A DNA stretch of 64,000 nt. It comes from Lingula anatina (taxonomy: Eukaryota > Animalia > Brachiopoda). Both the position numbers and the translations under genes were made by a program. Positions 1 through 12,598 of the stretch are shown piece by piece (the first letter of the stretch is position 1; the number at the start of each line of letters is the position of its first letter). The notes under the pieces were generated by a model. That model did not search any database and was not told the origin of the DNA. It saw nothing but the letters and a program-made list of their open reading frames with translations. The stretch is from contig CM120649.1 of assembly GCA_051362555.1 (NCBI GenBank), positions 18,738,567 through 18,802,566 on the forward strand, in the 5' to 3' direction.

Positions 1-1914
1 CACTTTAAGCCAGATCTACATGACATCCCCCTGTGCTTTGCTATCCATATATATTTACACTAGGACAAAATAAAAACGTCATGACTTCCCACATTACTTT
101 ATTCCACCTTTCAGCTGTTTCGATCAAAGGCTCTTAAGGGGCAGAAGTTCCAAATAACAATTTTATAAAAAAGAAAAGGCTGTGCTATTGTATACATAAT
201 ACATAACAAGCCCACAACCAGCAATTTCAAGAGGGGGGAGGAGGCTCTTTTTTCTGAAGAAGTGAACCTTTCAGCATGAAATCTTCACATTCCTTAATCA
301 AATTTTACCGACAGTGGACCTTTTCCTGGCAAAAAGGGCGTCTCGTTCAAGCTTGCCGTCTAATCCGATAATAGACACTGAACAGATATCTCGTGGGGAC
401 GTATTCAAGTGGGTCGGCAGTATTTGACCCTCGGACTAGTTATTCCCTATTCTGAATGGGGCCAAAGCAGCAGCAGCCCAGCTCTACTACACCAACAGTA
501 GTTCCTATCCTGATCAATACCCTCCAGTCAAGTGACATGTGTAAGTAAGTGAAGGGCCACTTATAGCCAAGAACCAATCATCTATTTATGTCATTTATTT
601 ACCCATCCGTTCCTTTATCTCAGGCGGAAAATTGTCAGACATGAGACCAATCTTGGGTCGCTGGATGGATGGACGTTTTGATTCCACCAAGGATTTTATG
701 AGGCTGTGTTAAATTCAGCTGATATCTTAGACTTACAAGACACGAGGATTTGCCAGATTTTATTTTATCCAGGATTCTGCTGATCTATGTAACATTGGCT
801 TAACTTTTGACAGTAGCAAGAGTAGTTTGTGTCTGGCGAAGGATGGTAAAATAAAGAAACCATTTCTAAAGAGAATGTATGGTAATGACTCCATCTTTTC
901 AGTGGGGAAATTTGTGAATTTTACAGATTTATAACATTTTTTAAGTCATAAGTTCTTAAAATTGGAACATTCCTGTCGTATGGTAATAACAAAGTAGTTC
1001 TATTCTCTACAGTTAAATTACTAAAAGTGCTTTCAAAATGATTTCAAAATTATTTACATCCTAAAAACTGATATTTATTTCCCATTGAAAAAAATTGAGT
1101 CACCACCACCAAGTATTGCCCTGGACAGACAGAGTACAATATGGTGGTCCTTTAATTAATATGCCCATTGTGCAGACTGCACATTTATTGATCAATTAGA
1201 TAAATAAAAGAAGGAAATACCAATAGTGGTTTCTTTTAAAGACATTAGCTGACTGGTTGACTCTGTTCAATTTTCTCACAAATAACTCTTATTACTTGCA
1301 TTAAGTGAACTCATTTTCATCAAAATTAACAGAAAGCTTTATTCTTAGGTATGAAAACATGTAGATCTTTCCGCACAATTTACTTATCACACTTTAACAG
1401 GACATAGTGTATTGAAAAATATTTCTTTCCTTAGGGCAAGTAAAATCATAATGTATATGATAAAAGGCAAATCTTTAGCTCTTTCTTTCTTTTCTTTTTT
1501 ATCCTTTCATAAAAACAACCAAAATCTAGGACATGCTTTGTTGGAGAAAAAGACATCTTCACTAATTTCAAAGAGGACGATTTACGCCAAAGGGTCTCAC
1601 ATGGTATAAGTACCTCAATCACTCTTGTTTCAAAAACAACACCAATCACTGTCCATCCTTGGCTTCTCCGTAATTCTATTCCACTTTGATCTGCTTCATC
1701 CTAAAATCCTTTTGACATTTTTCTTTCTTCCATCTCCTCAGCGACAGATCAATCTTAGACAGCCATGAAAATTGGGTTTATTAAATGGGCTTTATTTCTC
1801 CTGGAGGTATCGAATGATGTTACGACCTGACAAAGAGTGGATGTGATACACTGGAGAACATTAATCTTACAAGAAGGAAACAGCAAGGGGGAAGTTCTGT
1901 GAGTGTATGAATGC

Positions 1915-1915
<1 letters not shown>

Positions 1916-1967
<52 letters not shown>
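1916..1967. repeat. (GT)n microsatellite
   Basis: About 25 perfect GT units. Confidence 0.95.
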
Positions 1968-1968
<1 letters not shown>

Positions 1969-2471
1969 CTGTTTGTAGGAGCAAACGTACCCATAAATAT
2001 GAGCATGGCTTCCTGTTTGCATGTTTACCTGGGAATTTACAGGTGAACAAACAGGTAAGAAAGAACATGCATGCATGTGTGCATGTCCGTGCTCATGGAA
2101 GCATACACCAATATGTAGGGATGAGACCAGTCCTCACTGAAAAAGTAGGAAAATTGGCTGGGGGTCCAGGCCCACGATTCACAAGAATGACCCAAATGAC
2201 CCTGAAAAAGTCGGAATTCTGACAAAAGTCGGAAAAGTCTCATCAGTGAATATATGTCTATATGCACCAATACACCTGCACTATGCATATGCCTAAAGAT
2301 GCTATTGTCTTTGTACTAATTTGTATGGGGTTGTCCACATGGGTTTGTACATTACAGGGACTGTTAGTCCAAGGATCAACTTGTTCTGAACGCATCCACG
2401 GAAGTCTAACAATGGCTGTACCTGAACTGTTGTAGTTTGTACAAACACAGCCTGTGTATGAGACATTGATC

Positions 2472-2511
2472 CCTGGCGACACCTGGCGACACCTGGCGAC
2501 ACCTGGCGACC
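2472..2511. repeat. 10-bp tandem repeat (CCTGGCGACA) x4
   Basis: Directly visible. Confidence 0.9.
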
Positions 2512-3424
2512 TCTACACAATACTGATCACTGATCTGGGGGGATCTCAATATCAAGTGTGTGACTTGAATAACTTTACAGGTGGAAGAAGTCATGTTTGC
2601 CAGGCTGTTATTTTCTACAGTTATGAACACGATTCCTCTGCTCCACCTACTTTCTCCGATTTCAGGTTCAGCTCTTTTCTTGATAAATACCTTTTTTCCA
2701 CCTAATTTTTGACGCCTCTTTGCCGAAATGAACTAAACTACTTTACTAAACTTACAGTATGGATTTCAGGACAGTGCACACATTTCATGTTCCCCATCAA
2801 ATTGATTGTCTAGGGCTGATTTTTTCCTAGGGGCTCAGCTTAAAGTACAGTCTATTTTGTTCTGTGCTAAAACATAAGATGTGGACATTCCTAGATATAA
2901 AGATACATACTTACTCCAATATCTCACCTTCTTTGAAAAAAAAGATTTTACGACCTTATTATGCAATTTTGGTATGTTTTCTTTTTTTTGTGAAGGGAAC
3001 TTTTTTCTGGTTGGTACAAATCTGTGGTCTTCAAAATTTACCAGTAATAACTGTAGTTTCTCAAATTAAGAAATCTCAAGTCTGCAGTCTTATAGCGTGA
3101 GCTTTTCAACAAATTGGCTGATTAGCTAGATACTGCATGACATTTTCAGTTTGCTAAATTTTTTTAAACTAGCTTTTAATTTCACTTTTTCTATAAAAAG
3201 ATTTGATTACATGCTTTGTTCTGTCTGTTATCCAGTCAAAACATCTAAGGATAAAAAGTCTGTTTTTCCTTTTATTTTCATAATGCACAAGCTTAACAAA
3301 TTGTGATTTTTAAAGTTTCTGACTATATTCAGCACAGCTCATTCTGACTTCTAGGAATCCTAAACTCTCTAAACAGAAAGGGGACAGTAATTTTTTTAAC
3401 AAAACACTATCACTACCCCCCCCC

Positions 3425-3455
<31 letters not shown>

Positions 3456-4249
3456 GGAGAGGACTTGCTGCTTTAGAGATAGATCTATAAACTCATATTT
3501 GTACAGTTCTTCAATTCTATTTCTAAATGTTGGCTGCCTCTGTCAGCCTATTCCTCATATCTATAAACCACACACACTGACTATTACGACTTATCCTCCA
3601 TTGAGTGCATGTTGAGATGAATAACATATCCAGACTATATACATACATGTTACATTGTAAACAACCCATGCATACTGCACATTCTCAGCCCCAAGGCAAC
3701 TAATGAGAAGGGCTCTGAAGTCGAGTTTCATCTCAACTTGGGTCAGTGTATCTCAGCAAAAACATCAGTAACTTGAGTTTCCACTCAACTTAGGACGGGA
3801 TATCTTGGGGGAAAAAAAAGCAACTCAGCAGGCAATCATCAGGAGGCTGTTTCACAAGTTTGTCTAAATTATGGATTCTAAATTTAGGTCTACTCTGACT
3901 GCTTCAGGAAATTTCTTGATGCTGCTGCAGAGGAATGTTACGGATATCTCATGAATTTATTCACTGATAAAAGGGATTAAAGAAGGGGGAGGGGAATTTC
4001 ACAGGCTCCATTAGAATTCTTTCTTTTTTGTGTGTGTAAAAATCTTTAGCAGGGATGCTATGGGGAGAGGGTATATTTCTCACATTGCCCCCCCCCCCCC
4101 CCCATGATGGTCCATGCACTTGTTTCCTATTTACCATTGAAAATGAACAGTTTTCTCCCAACCTTTCATTTCTGTTATCTCTTTTATGCCTGTACTATGT
4201 ATGTAATACAGATCTGACACTTAGTACCCCATCAAATTCTTTCCCTACC

Positions 4250-4419
4250 CCCTCCCTCTCTTTGCCCTCCTCTCTCTCTCTCTCTCATTCTCTCTCTCCT
4301 CTCTCTCTCTCCCTCTCTCTCTCCCTCCTCTCTCTCTCTCTCTCTCTCTCATTCTCTCTCTCCTTTTCTCTCTCTCTCTCATTCTCTCTCTCTCTCTCTC
4401 TCTCTCCCTCTCTCTCTCC

Positions 4420-4456
<37 letters not shown>

Positions 4457-4480
4457 CTCTCTCTCCTTTTCTCTCTCTCT

Positions 4481-4518
<38 letters not shown>

Positions 4519-4599
4519 CTCTCTCTCCTTTTCTCTCTCTCTCTCCCTCCTCTCTCTCTCTCTCTCTCTCTCATTCTCTCTCTCCTTTTCTCTCTCTCT

Positions 4600-4640
<41 letters not shown>
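4250..4640. repeat. Compound (CT)n polypyrimidine microsatellite with recurring CATT/CTTTT interruptions
   Basis: About 390 bp of almost pure C/T. The interruption pattern recurs, consistent with block duplication. Confidence 0.95.
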
Positions 4641-4644
<4 letters not shown>

Positions 4645-5798
4645 ATCATCACTCTTATTGGTGATCTTCAATGTTTCTGAAAAGAGAAAAATATTGATGA
4701 GCCAAGAATCCTACTAGTACATAATAAAGAAGGCAATTGTCGATCACCACTGTGTACACACATGCTCCAATATATGTAAACACAGAGAGTGGATCAAGAC
4801 GGGGAATTATTGGACAGTCCCGTGGCTTGCCTTGGTTCATATACTAGTACTAGTATGTCACTGCTTTCAAGTTACAAATCGGTCAAATCAATCTCTCACA
4901 GCCAGGGCAATTTTATATCTATTCAGGTACAACTTTGAATCAATTTTTACCAACCATACATCATCATTCACAGCCCATTTTGCAAAATTTATACAGGATG
5001 GTCCATAAAAAAAAAAATCCTATTTTTCTTTCTATCTCCATTTTGATAGAATTAAGATATTTCCAACTTTCTTTCATCAAATTATAAGGATGACCATTTT
5101 ATCCTACCACATTTTGCAGAAATTGGAAACCTCTAAAGTAGTCAAATTTCAATAATTGATAAATGTGCTCTAACCACACTACTCCCTGCTGAATAATGGT
5201 GGCCACGTGAACGTTGAAATTGGCATTGACTATATAGCAATCATGTCAGCCAGGGAGTTCCTTACTTCTGAATCGGATCTTGGTCTTCAAAGCATTTAGA
5301 GTTTTGCTGGTTGTACTATGATATTCAGAAACAGATTTATAAAGCTTCTGAAAGAGAGCTTTCTTCCTGCCATAACCTCCGCTGTGAATAATTTTTCTGA
5401 ATATTTCATACAAAATGGTTCTATATTTTCTAGTAAAAGAGGAAATCTCAAAACCCCAATCCTTACGACATAACAACTACTTTCCCCACTTCAAAAGCCC
5501 ATTATATGAAGAACATCAGCTACGTATTGCAAAAATTCAATAACAATGGCAATGCCAGCGCTCATGGCATTCTACATGTATTCCCTTCCTCAATTATCGC
5601 TGATTCTCTAGACCCCAAATCTTAAGTAAAAGACATATTCATCATGTAATACAATCCACTGGAACTATGCAGTATTTCATAATACGGAGTGAGTTGAAAT
5701 TAGATATATATTTTTTTCAATCTGTTTACCATCATATCATTCAACTTAATACTGTAAATAATAGTATTATTAGAAATAAATTAAAAATAATATTATTG

Positions 5799-6143
5799 TT
5801 AAAGGGATAATAACTCTTCATTTTGGCCATAAAATGAATTTTCCTGGAGTAAACAACAATTTTCCTGTACTTACCAATGGTTAATGAATCCATTTTTACA
5901 TTCAAAGTTATTCCCTGGTTTTTTTCTAAAAAGTTTGGTTTTTTGTTAAAATCTCTTAACAGATTATAACAGAGTATAGCCATCAATGGAGGTCACGTGG
6001 TCTGAAGACAAGCTCAGATATCAGAATAATAGCTTTAACTGCTGTTTTTGTTGTAAAACAGAATATATTATATTTCTATGAGTTATTCACAATGTTTTTA
6101 TTGTGAAATATAGACCTCATACGAAGAGTTATTATCCCTTTAA
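5799..6143. mobile_element. Non-autonomous TIR element flanked by TTAA (Kolobok-like), copy A
   Basis: TTAA-AGGGATAATAACTCTTC ... GAAGAGTTATTATCCCT-TTAA, with a close copy at 12255-12598. A TTAA target with purine termini fits Kolobok better than piggyBac. Confidence 0.8.
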
Positions 6144-7214
6144 GCTTGTTATTTCTTCATTATCATTGTTATAATTATCCTCACTGTTATAATCATTATA
6201 TTATTTCATTTGTTGTTTTTTTCTTTCATTCATCTTTTTAAGGTGGTTAAATAAATAAATAATATTATCAATTTCTCCACATAAGTTGGAAGATGCATAT
6301 GATGACAACCATTAGCTTGCAGCGGCTTTAAAAGGACTAGTACTCAGAACCCAAATGTTAAATTGTTCCTATTCTAAGAAAGCTTTAAGCTATTAGCACA
6401 TCACACCCTCTGCTGGACATGACTCGGCTATTATAACTGACGTCTGTGAAGCCATGGCAACAAGACATTCTGAGACTTCTCAAAGGCCAGCTGCCTACCC
6501 CCAGTTCCATTATAAACAGTGCTGAGCCACAGATTTATTAGAAAATAATGAGTCAGTAAAGCGTAAGATTGCTGCCTGTTTTTACTTCAACCATTTAGGG
6601 ATGTCTGCTCAGTTGTTTCAGTTATCTTCTCATCCCACCCACCCCCAAAAGTAGTGGAAGGACTCTTCTTCAAAGATTTTCCTTTTAATGTTCAACTTAG
6701 GTAAATTTTCATCTAAACAGACAAGATTTTGACTTTTAAGATAAAAGCAGGAAGAAATGGTTCAGTGAACTGGACAATCCCCCCCCCCCCCCAAGAAAAA
6801 AAATCTTGTCTGATATATAAGCATTTGAATATTCCTGAACTTTCATGCAGTTTAAAAACTAGCTCAATTTTTGATAAACAGAAAAGAAAAAGTCCATAAA
6901 ATCTGGTGAAACTTATGGGGTCTATGGTGGTTCTTACCAAAGTGCCAGGAAGCCCCCCCTCCCAGTCAGGTGACCTAGTTTTAAGACAAATATGCCCAAA
7001 ACTGACCCAAACACTACCGCAGGCAGTTAATATAACTACAAGGCCAATACATCTTTAATTGGCAATGAAGCTGGCAGTAATAAAACATGACAGGAGCATT
7101 TCTTCTGGGATTAAGATCGCAGGAACTGGCCTCACTTTTTGAGGTAATTAATTTCCCTGAAGCATGTCTTGTCCCTAAAAATAGTTCAGATATCAAATAG
7201 TGTCTTGATGTTTC

Positions 7215-7324
<110 letters not shown>

Positions 7325-7779
7325 AAAAAAGCAAGACGTGGACAATTTACAATGCACATAACAATTTGTCTGTGCAGGATCTCAAAAGAAGAGAAGAACT
7401 CTTATTCTAACAATACAATCACAGTTCCACACACTCATACAAACTACTCAATCCCTCAAGGTGTTTCTTCTAAAGCACAGACAGGAAATTGCTGCACTAT
7501 TTTTGAGAACAAACCCATCTATCATAGCGTGTCAGGCATAGGAATCCCTATATTCTGGGAAATTTGCACATTTTTATGATACAATATGATATTTTGTTTT
7601 ATTTATAGTCTTTTTATTTATTGTTATACCTTCTCATATTTATACATTTTGGTTCATTAGTTCATTTTGTAAATAAATAACTGGCACATTTGGCAGATTT
7701 ATCTATCTTAACTGGAAACGGGATGTAACACACCAATCAGACTACACACATTAAGACTGCATTCAAAACAGCAGACTAA

Positions 7780-8003
7780 GGGTGCTTTCCCAGAGATTTA
7801 GATCGATCTAAAGATTAAGATTTAGATCAACCTAACTCCCTGGGGGTTCACGCTAAATTGCAGTCGGCCGAGCGGGCACCATAGTTAATTACCCCCTTAC
7901 AGCTTTTAGGGCGGGACAGACGCTTAAGCCGGCCAAGCTGACAGTAATCTAGTGAGACTCCCCACAGGGATAGATCGATCTAAAAATCTATGGAAATGGG
8001 GTG
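7780..8003. mobile_element. PIF/Harbinger-like MITE, copy A
   Basis: Imperfect TIRs (GGGTGCTTTCCCAGAGATTTAGATCGATCTA / TAGATCGATCTAAAAATCTATGGAAATGGGG) preceded by TAA; interior matches 10040-10254. Confidence 0.65.
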
Positions 8004-8041
8004 TATCTAGTCCATAGGAACTAAAAAGCTTGCCATCTACG

Positions 8042-8308
8042 TAATCCGCTAACAGATGCTGAATAGATTCCCTGAGGGGCAGTATTCAAGGGGGTCCGCC
8101 ATATTTGACCCATGGACTAGTTTGTCTGCTGTTCTGAACGAGGTATTTGACTGAATTCGGCAAACAAAAAAATGTAATCCGCTAACAGATGCTGAATAGA
8201 TTCCCCGAGGGGCAGTATTCAAGGGGGTCCGCCATATTTGACCCATGGACTAGTTTGTCTGCTGTTCTGAACAAGGTCTTTGACTGAATTCGGCAAACAA
8301 AAAAATGT
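8042..8308. repeat. Tandem duplication of a ~131-bp unit containing a short dispersed repeat
   Basis: Two near-identical units. The core GTATTCAAG..GGGTC.GCCATATTTGA...GGACTAGT...GTTCTGAA also occurs at about 400-465, 9520-9580, 9885-9945 (reverse), 10000-10280 and 23010-23065. Confidence 0.85.
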
Positions 8309-10039
8309 TATCCTGTCTGAGCAGCCAATAAAGCTAATCCTTCTGCAACATTCTCGAATCAGATGATGCAGAAACAAGAGTGTGTTAAAGATTCCAAAGC
8401 AGGGGTTTCATCAATAGTTGGGGTACAGGGGAGTCCAAAATGTTTCGTCATTGATTTACTAAGAGTCCTACCCAAGCAAGCCCAACCAAACAATCTGACT
8501 ATCCCCAAACATTTTTCAAGCTGTACAGCTGTCTTTGGAAATGTAGGAAATCTTTTGAGGCTTATGGCCATCCAAATGTTGGCTGGACAGCTCTATGCTG
8601 TCAAGTCCAGTCCCCCTTTACCCCCCTCGCCCCCCCCCCCCCCCCCCCCCCCATGAACCTTTGGGTACTTTCAAAGCTACACTGAGGCCATGATTCACAT
8701 CTGAAGACAATGACAAAATTGAAGAATCTAACTTCAATTTTTATCCATTAAAAAAATTCACTTATTATTTTTTTCTCACTTTTTTTTTCTTTTCATTTCA
8801 TTTGTTGTTGATGATGCTGTTATTGTTGTTATTTTATTTATTTGCAATTGACACGTTTGGTAAATTGTAGACTATGAAACATTAGTATAAAGAGCTGCTT
8901 TATATATAAGGATACTACTCACATCAGATAACAAACAAGACAGGTCTATTACACAAGCTTGAATGGTTTTTTCTTTCACGGCAAATTTCATTTCCTTGCA
9001 GGTACAACAAGCTGGCAATTCAGAATTGCATACAAAAATGAGAAAAACATATCGCAATAGAAATCAGTGATCAATAGCTGGTTATTATACCCCTCCATTG
9101 ATTTCCTTAAAATGCCATTTCACCTTAAATAATAAAGATGATTAAACCTGGTTAACAAAAGCATTAATGTAATGGCACAACTTATGTTACACTTGATGTA
9201 ATCTGTAATGTTTTCCTCTTTAATGAGGAGTGGAAAAATCTTTTTTTTTTTTTTTTTTTTTTTTTTTTGAGAGCTTTCTATAATTTGAATCATGGAACTT
9301 CAAACTAGATTTTGCAGCAGCGGTGAAAAGCCAGCTGAAATGCAGGCACTGGATTAATTTACAAATTGTTTTAAGATGAAAGATAAAGGTTGAAGCTACC
9401 CATTCTGCATGTGGCTTTTGAAATGCTGCCTTTGAAAGCAACTGTTACAAGATGGCATTCCTGAGGTTCTCAAAAGTAACAATCCAATCAGTATCTATTA
9501 GTGGACTATGTGACAAGTTTTTAAGTGGGTCAGCCATATTGGATCCAGGACTATTAGTCCACAGTTCTGAATGCCCCCTGGGAGATATTCCTGTAAACCC
9601 CATGTTGGTCGGGATTCTATTTAAGGCCAATGTAATTATTAAGTACACGGTTAAAAATATCGATCTCATTAACATGTCATGATCTGCATATGTGGTACCT
9701 GACAACTCCATAATATAGTGCTAATTACAATACAGATGCCTCTTAATTGTTTTGATTATAAACATAAATGTTTGTTTTGATTATAAACATATATATTTGT
9801 TTTGATGCAAATTATTATCAAGTGCACTGTATAGATCATGTAAATGGCATTAAAACAAATGACTGGGGGTACGTTTATTTTAAGAACACATTCAGAACAG
9901 GGGACTAACAGATCCGCAGATCAAACATGGCAACCCACTAAAAAGTCTTGATTAGGCACTGCATAAATTCTACACATAAATTCTACGCAACAATCATTTA
10001 AGTAGGTCTGTCATATGTATCTGATCCAAGGATTTGTTA

Positions 10040-10254
10040 GAGTGCATTCCCAGAGATTTAGATCAATCCATACAGATCGACCTAACTCCCTGGAGGTTCA
10101 CACTAACTTGCTGTCAGCAGAGCGAGCACAAAAGTTAATTACCCCCTTACAGCTTTTAGTAGGCGGGACAGATGCTTAAGCCGGCTAAGCTGACAGTAAT
10201 CTAGTGAGACTCCCCACAGGGATAGATCAATCTAAAATCTTTGGGAATGGGGTC
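10040..10254. mobile_element. PIF/Harbinger-like MITE, copy B
   Basis: TTA target duplication (10037-10039, 10255-10257); TIRs GAGTGCATTCCCAGAGATTTAGAT / ATCTAAAATCTTTGGGAATGGGGTC; nested inside a short dispersed repeat. Confidence 0.7.
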
Positions 10255-12254
10255 TTAGTCCGCAGTTCTGAATGTGCTCTGAGCTCTAAGAAAATGCCAG
10301 TACTAGCAATTATCAGCTGAAAACCAGCTTCCAAGTTTATACCAATACAACCCACTGGGAGTACCTCTGTTTCTTTAGTGTAATTTGGTATCCACTGTAC
10401 CTTCTACTGAAATAAGCCATATATTTGCACCTTGCAATCTTGAAAAAAAAAACACCTTTTAGTTTATGAAACAGCAGTGGAGATTAGCGTATTTTGCTTT
10501 CTTGGTAAGCTTTGAAAACTGATAGGTCTCAGCAACCTATCAGAACAAGTGTCAGCAAATAAAATGTCAAATCTAATTCTGTGCTCTGGCAGCAGCTTTA
10601 AGAACTTAGTAGTAATATTTCAGTGTAACATCAATGTCTCTTCCCCCATTAATTTCACTGTTGACAACCTTAAGCTTGTGTTTCATATAATCTTGGTTAC
10701 TTTATTTCATGACATTTGCAAACTTATCCGTTTATTTATCTATAAAATATTGAGAATAATATGTGCCCCATAAAACAGATAAGATAAATTCTAAATTACT
10801 GATCCTTTAAAGTATTCAATATAAATTGTTTCAAAATTCAGTCACTCAAAGCAAAACATTTTCATCAAATCTAAATAGAAATGAGATAACCACATGTTGT
10901 GTTCCACAGAGCCCCGTAAGAGCAGTTCCCACAGTTGAGGACACAGAGAGGTCACCTATGACACCACTCATAGCCAGTGGTAGTTAGTGGGCTGGGGCCC
11001 GTTTTCTGTACATATCACACCAGTTTAACTGGTTCAAACATGTTGCTACATTTTGGGGAGGGGGGGGGGGGGAACGAGAGGGGGTGGGGTGTACTCCCTT
11101 TTGCTAGCTCCACCTGTTGTCAGCCCGTGACATCATTCACACTTTTACTTTTTTAAGAAATAAAACAATTGATTCCATCACTGTCTACTTCCGTGAGGGA
11201 TACACAAGGCAGAATGCATGTTTCATGTATTCAGTTCTGCAACATGTCCAATACTGTCTTCATTTAATTCATTGTAATTAGTGTGGCACCTTTTTTTTTC
11301 TTTTTTTCTCTCCCAGTCACAATCTCCTAGATCCTCCATTTAGCGCTGGCCCCACATTACTCACTCAGGTATCGCCAGCCCCGAGGTGTGATTGAATTAT
11401 CAATAACCTAATAAACAGCAGGGACAGCATTTGTCATTGCCAATCTAAACTGATTACGCCTTTCAAACAGAGAAAACAGAACCTTGAGAATAAACTGAAA
11501 TACCCCTGCTGAGAACATGAATGTTGGCACTATGACTTCTATTATCTATCTTTTTTTCATCTTCACAATATGTGAAATACTAGTAGTTTATGGAGGACAG
11601 GAGCCGAAAAGAATTAATTCATAAAAAAACGAAAACTAGTCATACCCTACCCAATTTACAACTGACAGAAAACACGTCAACAGAAAAAAGTCAGTTTTTC
11701 TGACAGTCACAGTTCGGGAACTTTAAAGTCAACTACAAAAACTGGTCTTTTTCTTGGTTCTTTTTGGCAACTAAGAGCTGAAAATAAAAATGAAACTGCA
11801 CTGACCCTTGAAAATGAGATGAAATGTGGCCTTTTACTGGTACTCATGACTTAATAAAATTTCCATTTTTCCATATTTTATCTTATGTACATCCTTAACC
11901 TAACATGCTGCAAGCTCTTATCTGTATTTGATGTCAAGTTTGAGAGAACTTATCAGCTGACTCAGAGAATTTTAAAAAATCAGTCAATAGCGTGACTTCT
12001 GCTTTCGCATGAAAAGACTTCCAAGTTAAAAGGTGCGAATGATAATCAATGTGCAGGCATTTGTTTTCCAGTCATGACCAATGGTATATGCACAGACAGG
12101 CATTTTCATGGATATTTTCACTCTGCATGCTATAAATGTAACATGCTATTGTTAACTACAAAGATGAAAATAGGCAGATCTGAGTCACTGGCCGCAGGTA
12201 CAATCTGGAAATTAAGCCAAGTCAAATTTTTTCTCTTCCAACTTTATTCTTCTC

Positions 12255-12598
12255 TTAAAGGTATAATAACTCTTCGCTTCGGCCAAAAAATGAATTTTCC
12301 TGGAGTAAACAACAATTTTCCCACACTTACCAATGGTTAATGAATCCATTTTTACATTCAAAGTTAGTCCCTGTTTTTTTTTTCTAAAAAGTTTGGTTTT
12401 TTAATAAAATCTCTTAAGAGATTTTAATAGAGTATACCCATCAATGGAGGTCACGTGGTCTAAAGACAAGCTCAGATATCAGAATAATAGCTATAACTGC
12501 CGTTTTTGTGCTAAAACAGAGTATATTATATTTCTATGAGTTATTCACAATGTTTTTATTGTGAAAATTAGATCTCATACGAAGAGTTATCCCTTTAA
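12255..12598. mobile_element. Non-autonomous TIR element flanked by TTAA (Kolobok-like), copy B
   Basis: Colinear and highly similar to 5799-6143 over the full length; TTAA at both ends. Confidence 0.8.

Noticed and set aside
1755-2222. HT/VC-repeat ORFs (also at 7014-7579, 34162-34472, 37008-37382, 39531-39881, 58843-59160)
   Set aside because: Open frames produced by dinucleotide microsatellites.
4055-4717. 220-aa (+) and 128-aa (-) ORFs of SL/ER repeats
   Set aside because: Translations of a (CT)n microsatellite with no splice or domain support.
5266-5400. Exon-like minus-strand segment with a gtaagg donor in CASK intron 1 (similar case near 15370-15424)
   Set aside because: No CASK-like sequence and no open frame in the phase needed to join the CASK exons.
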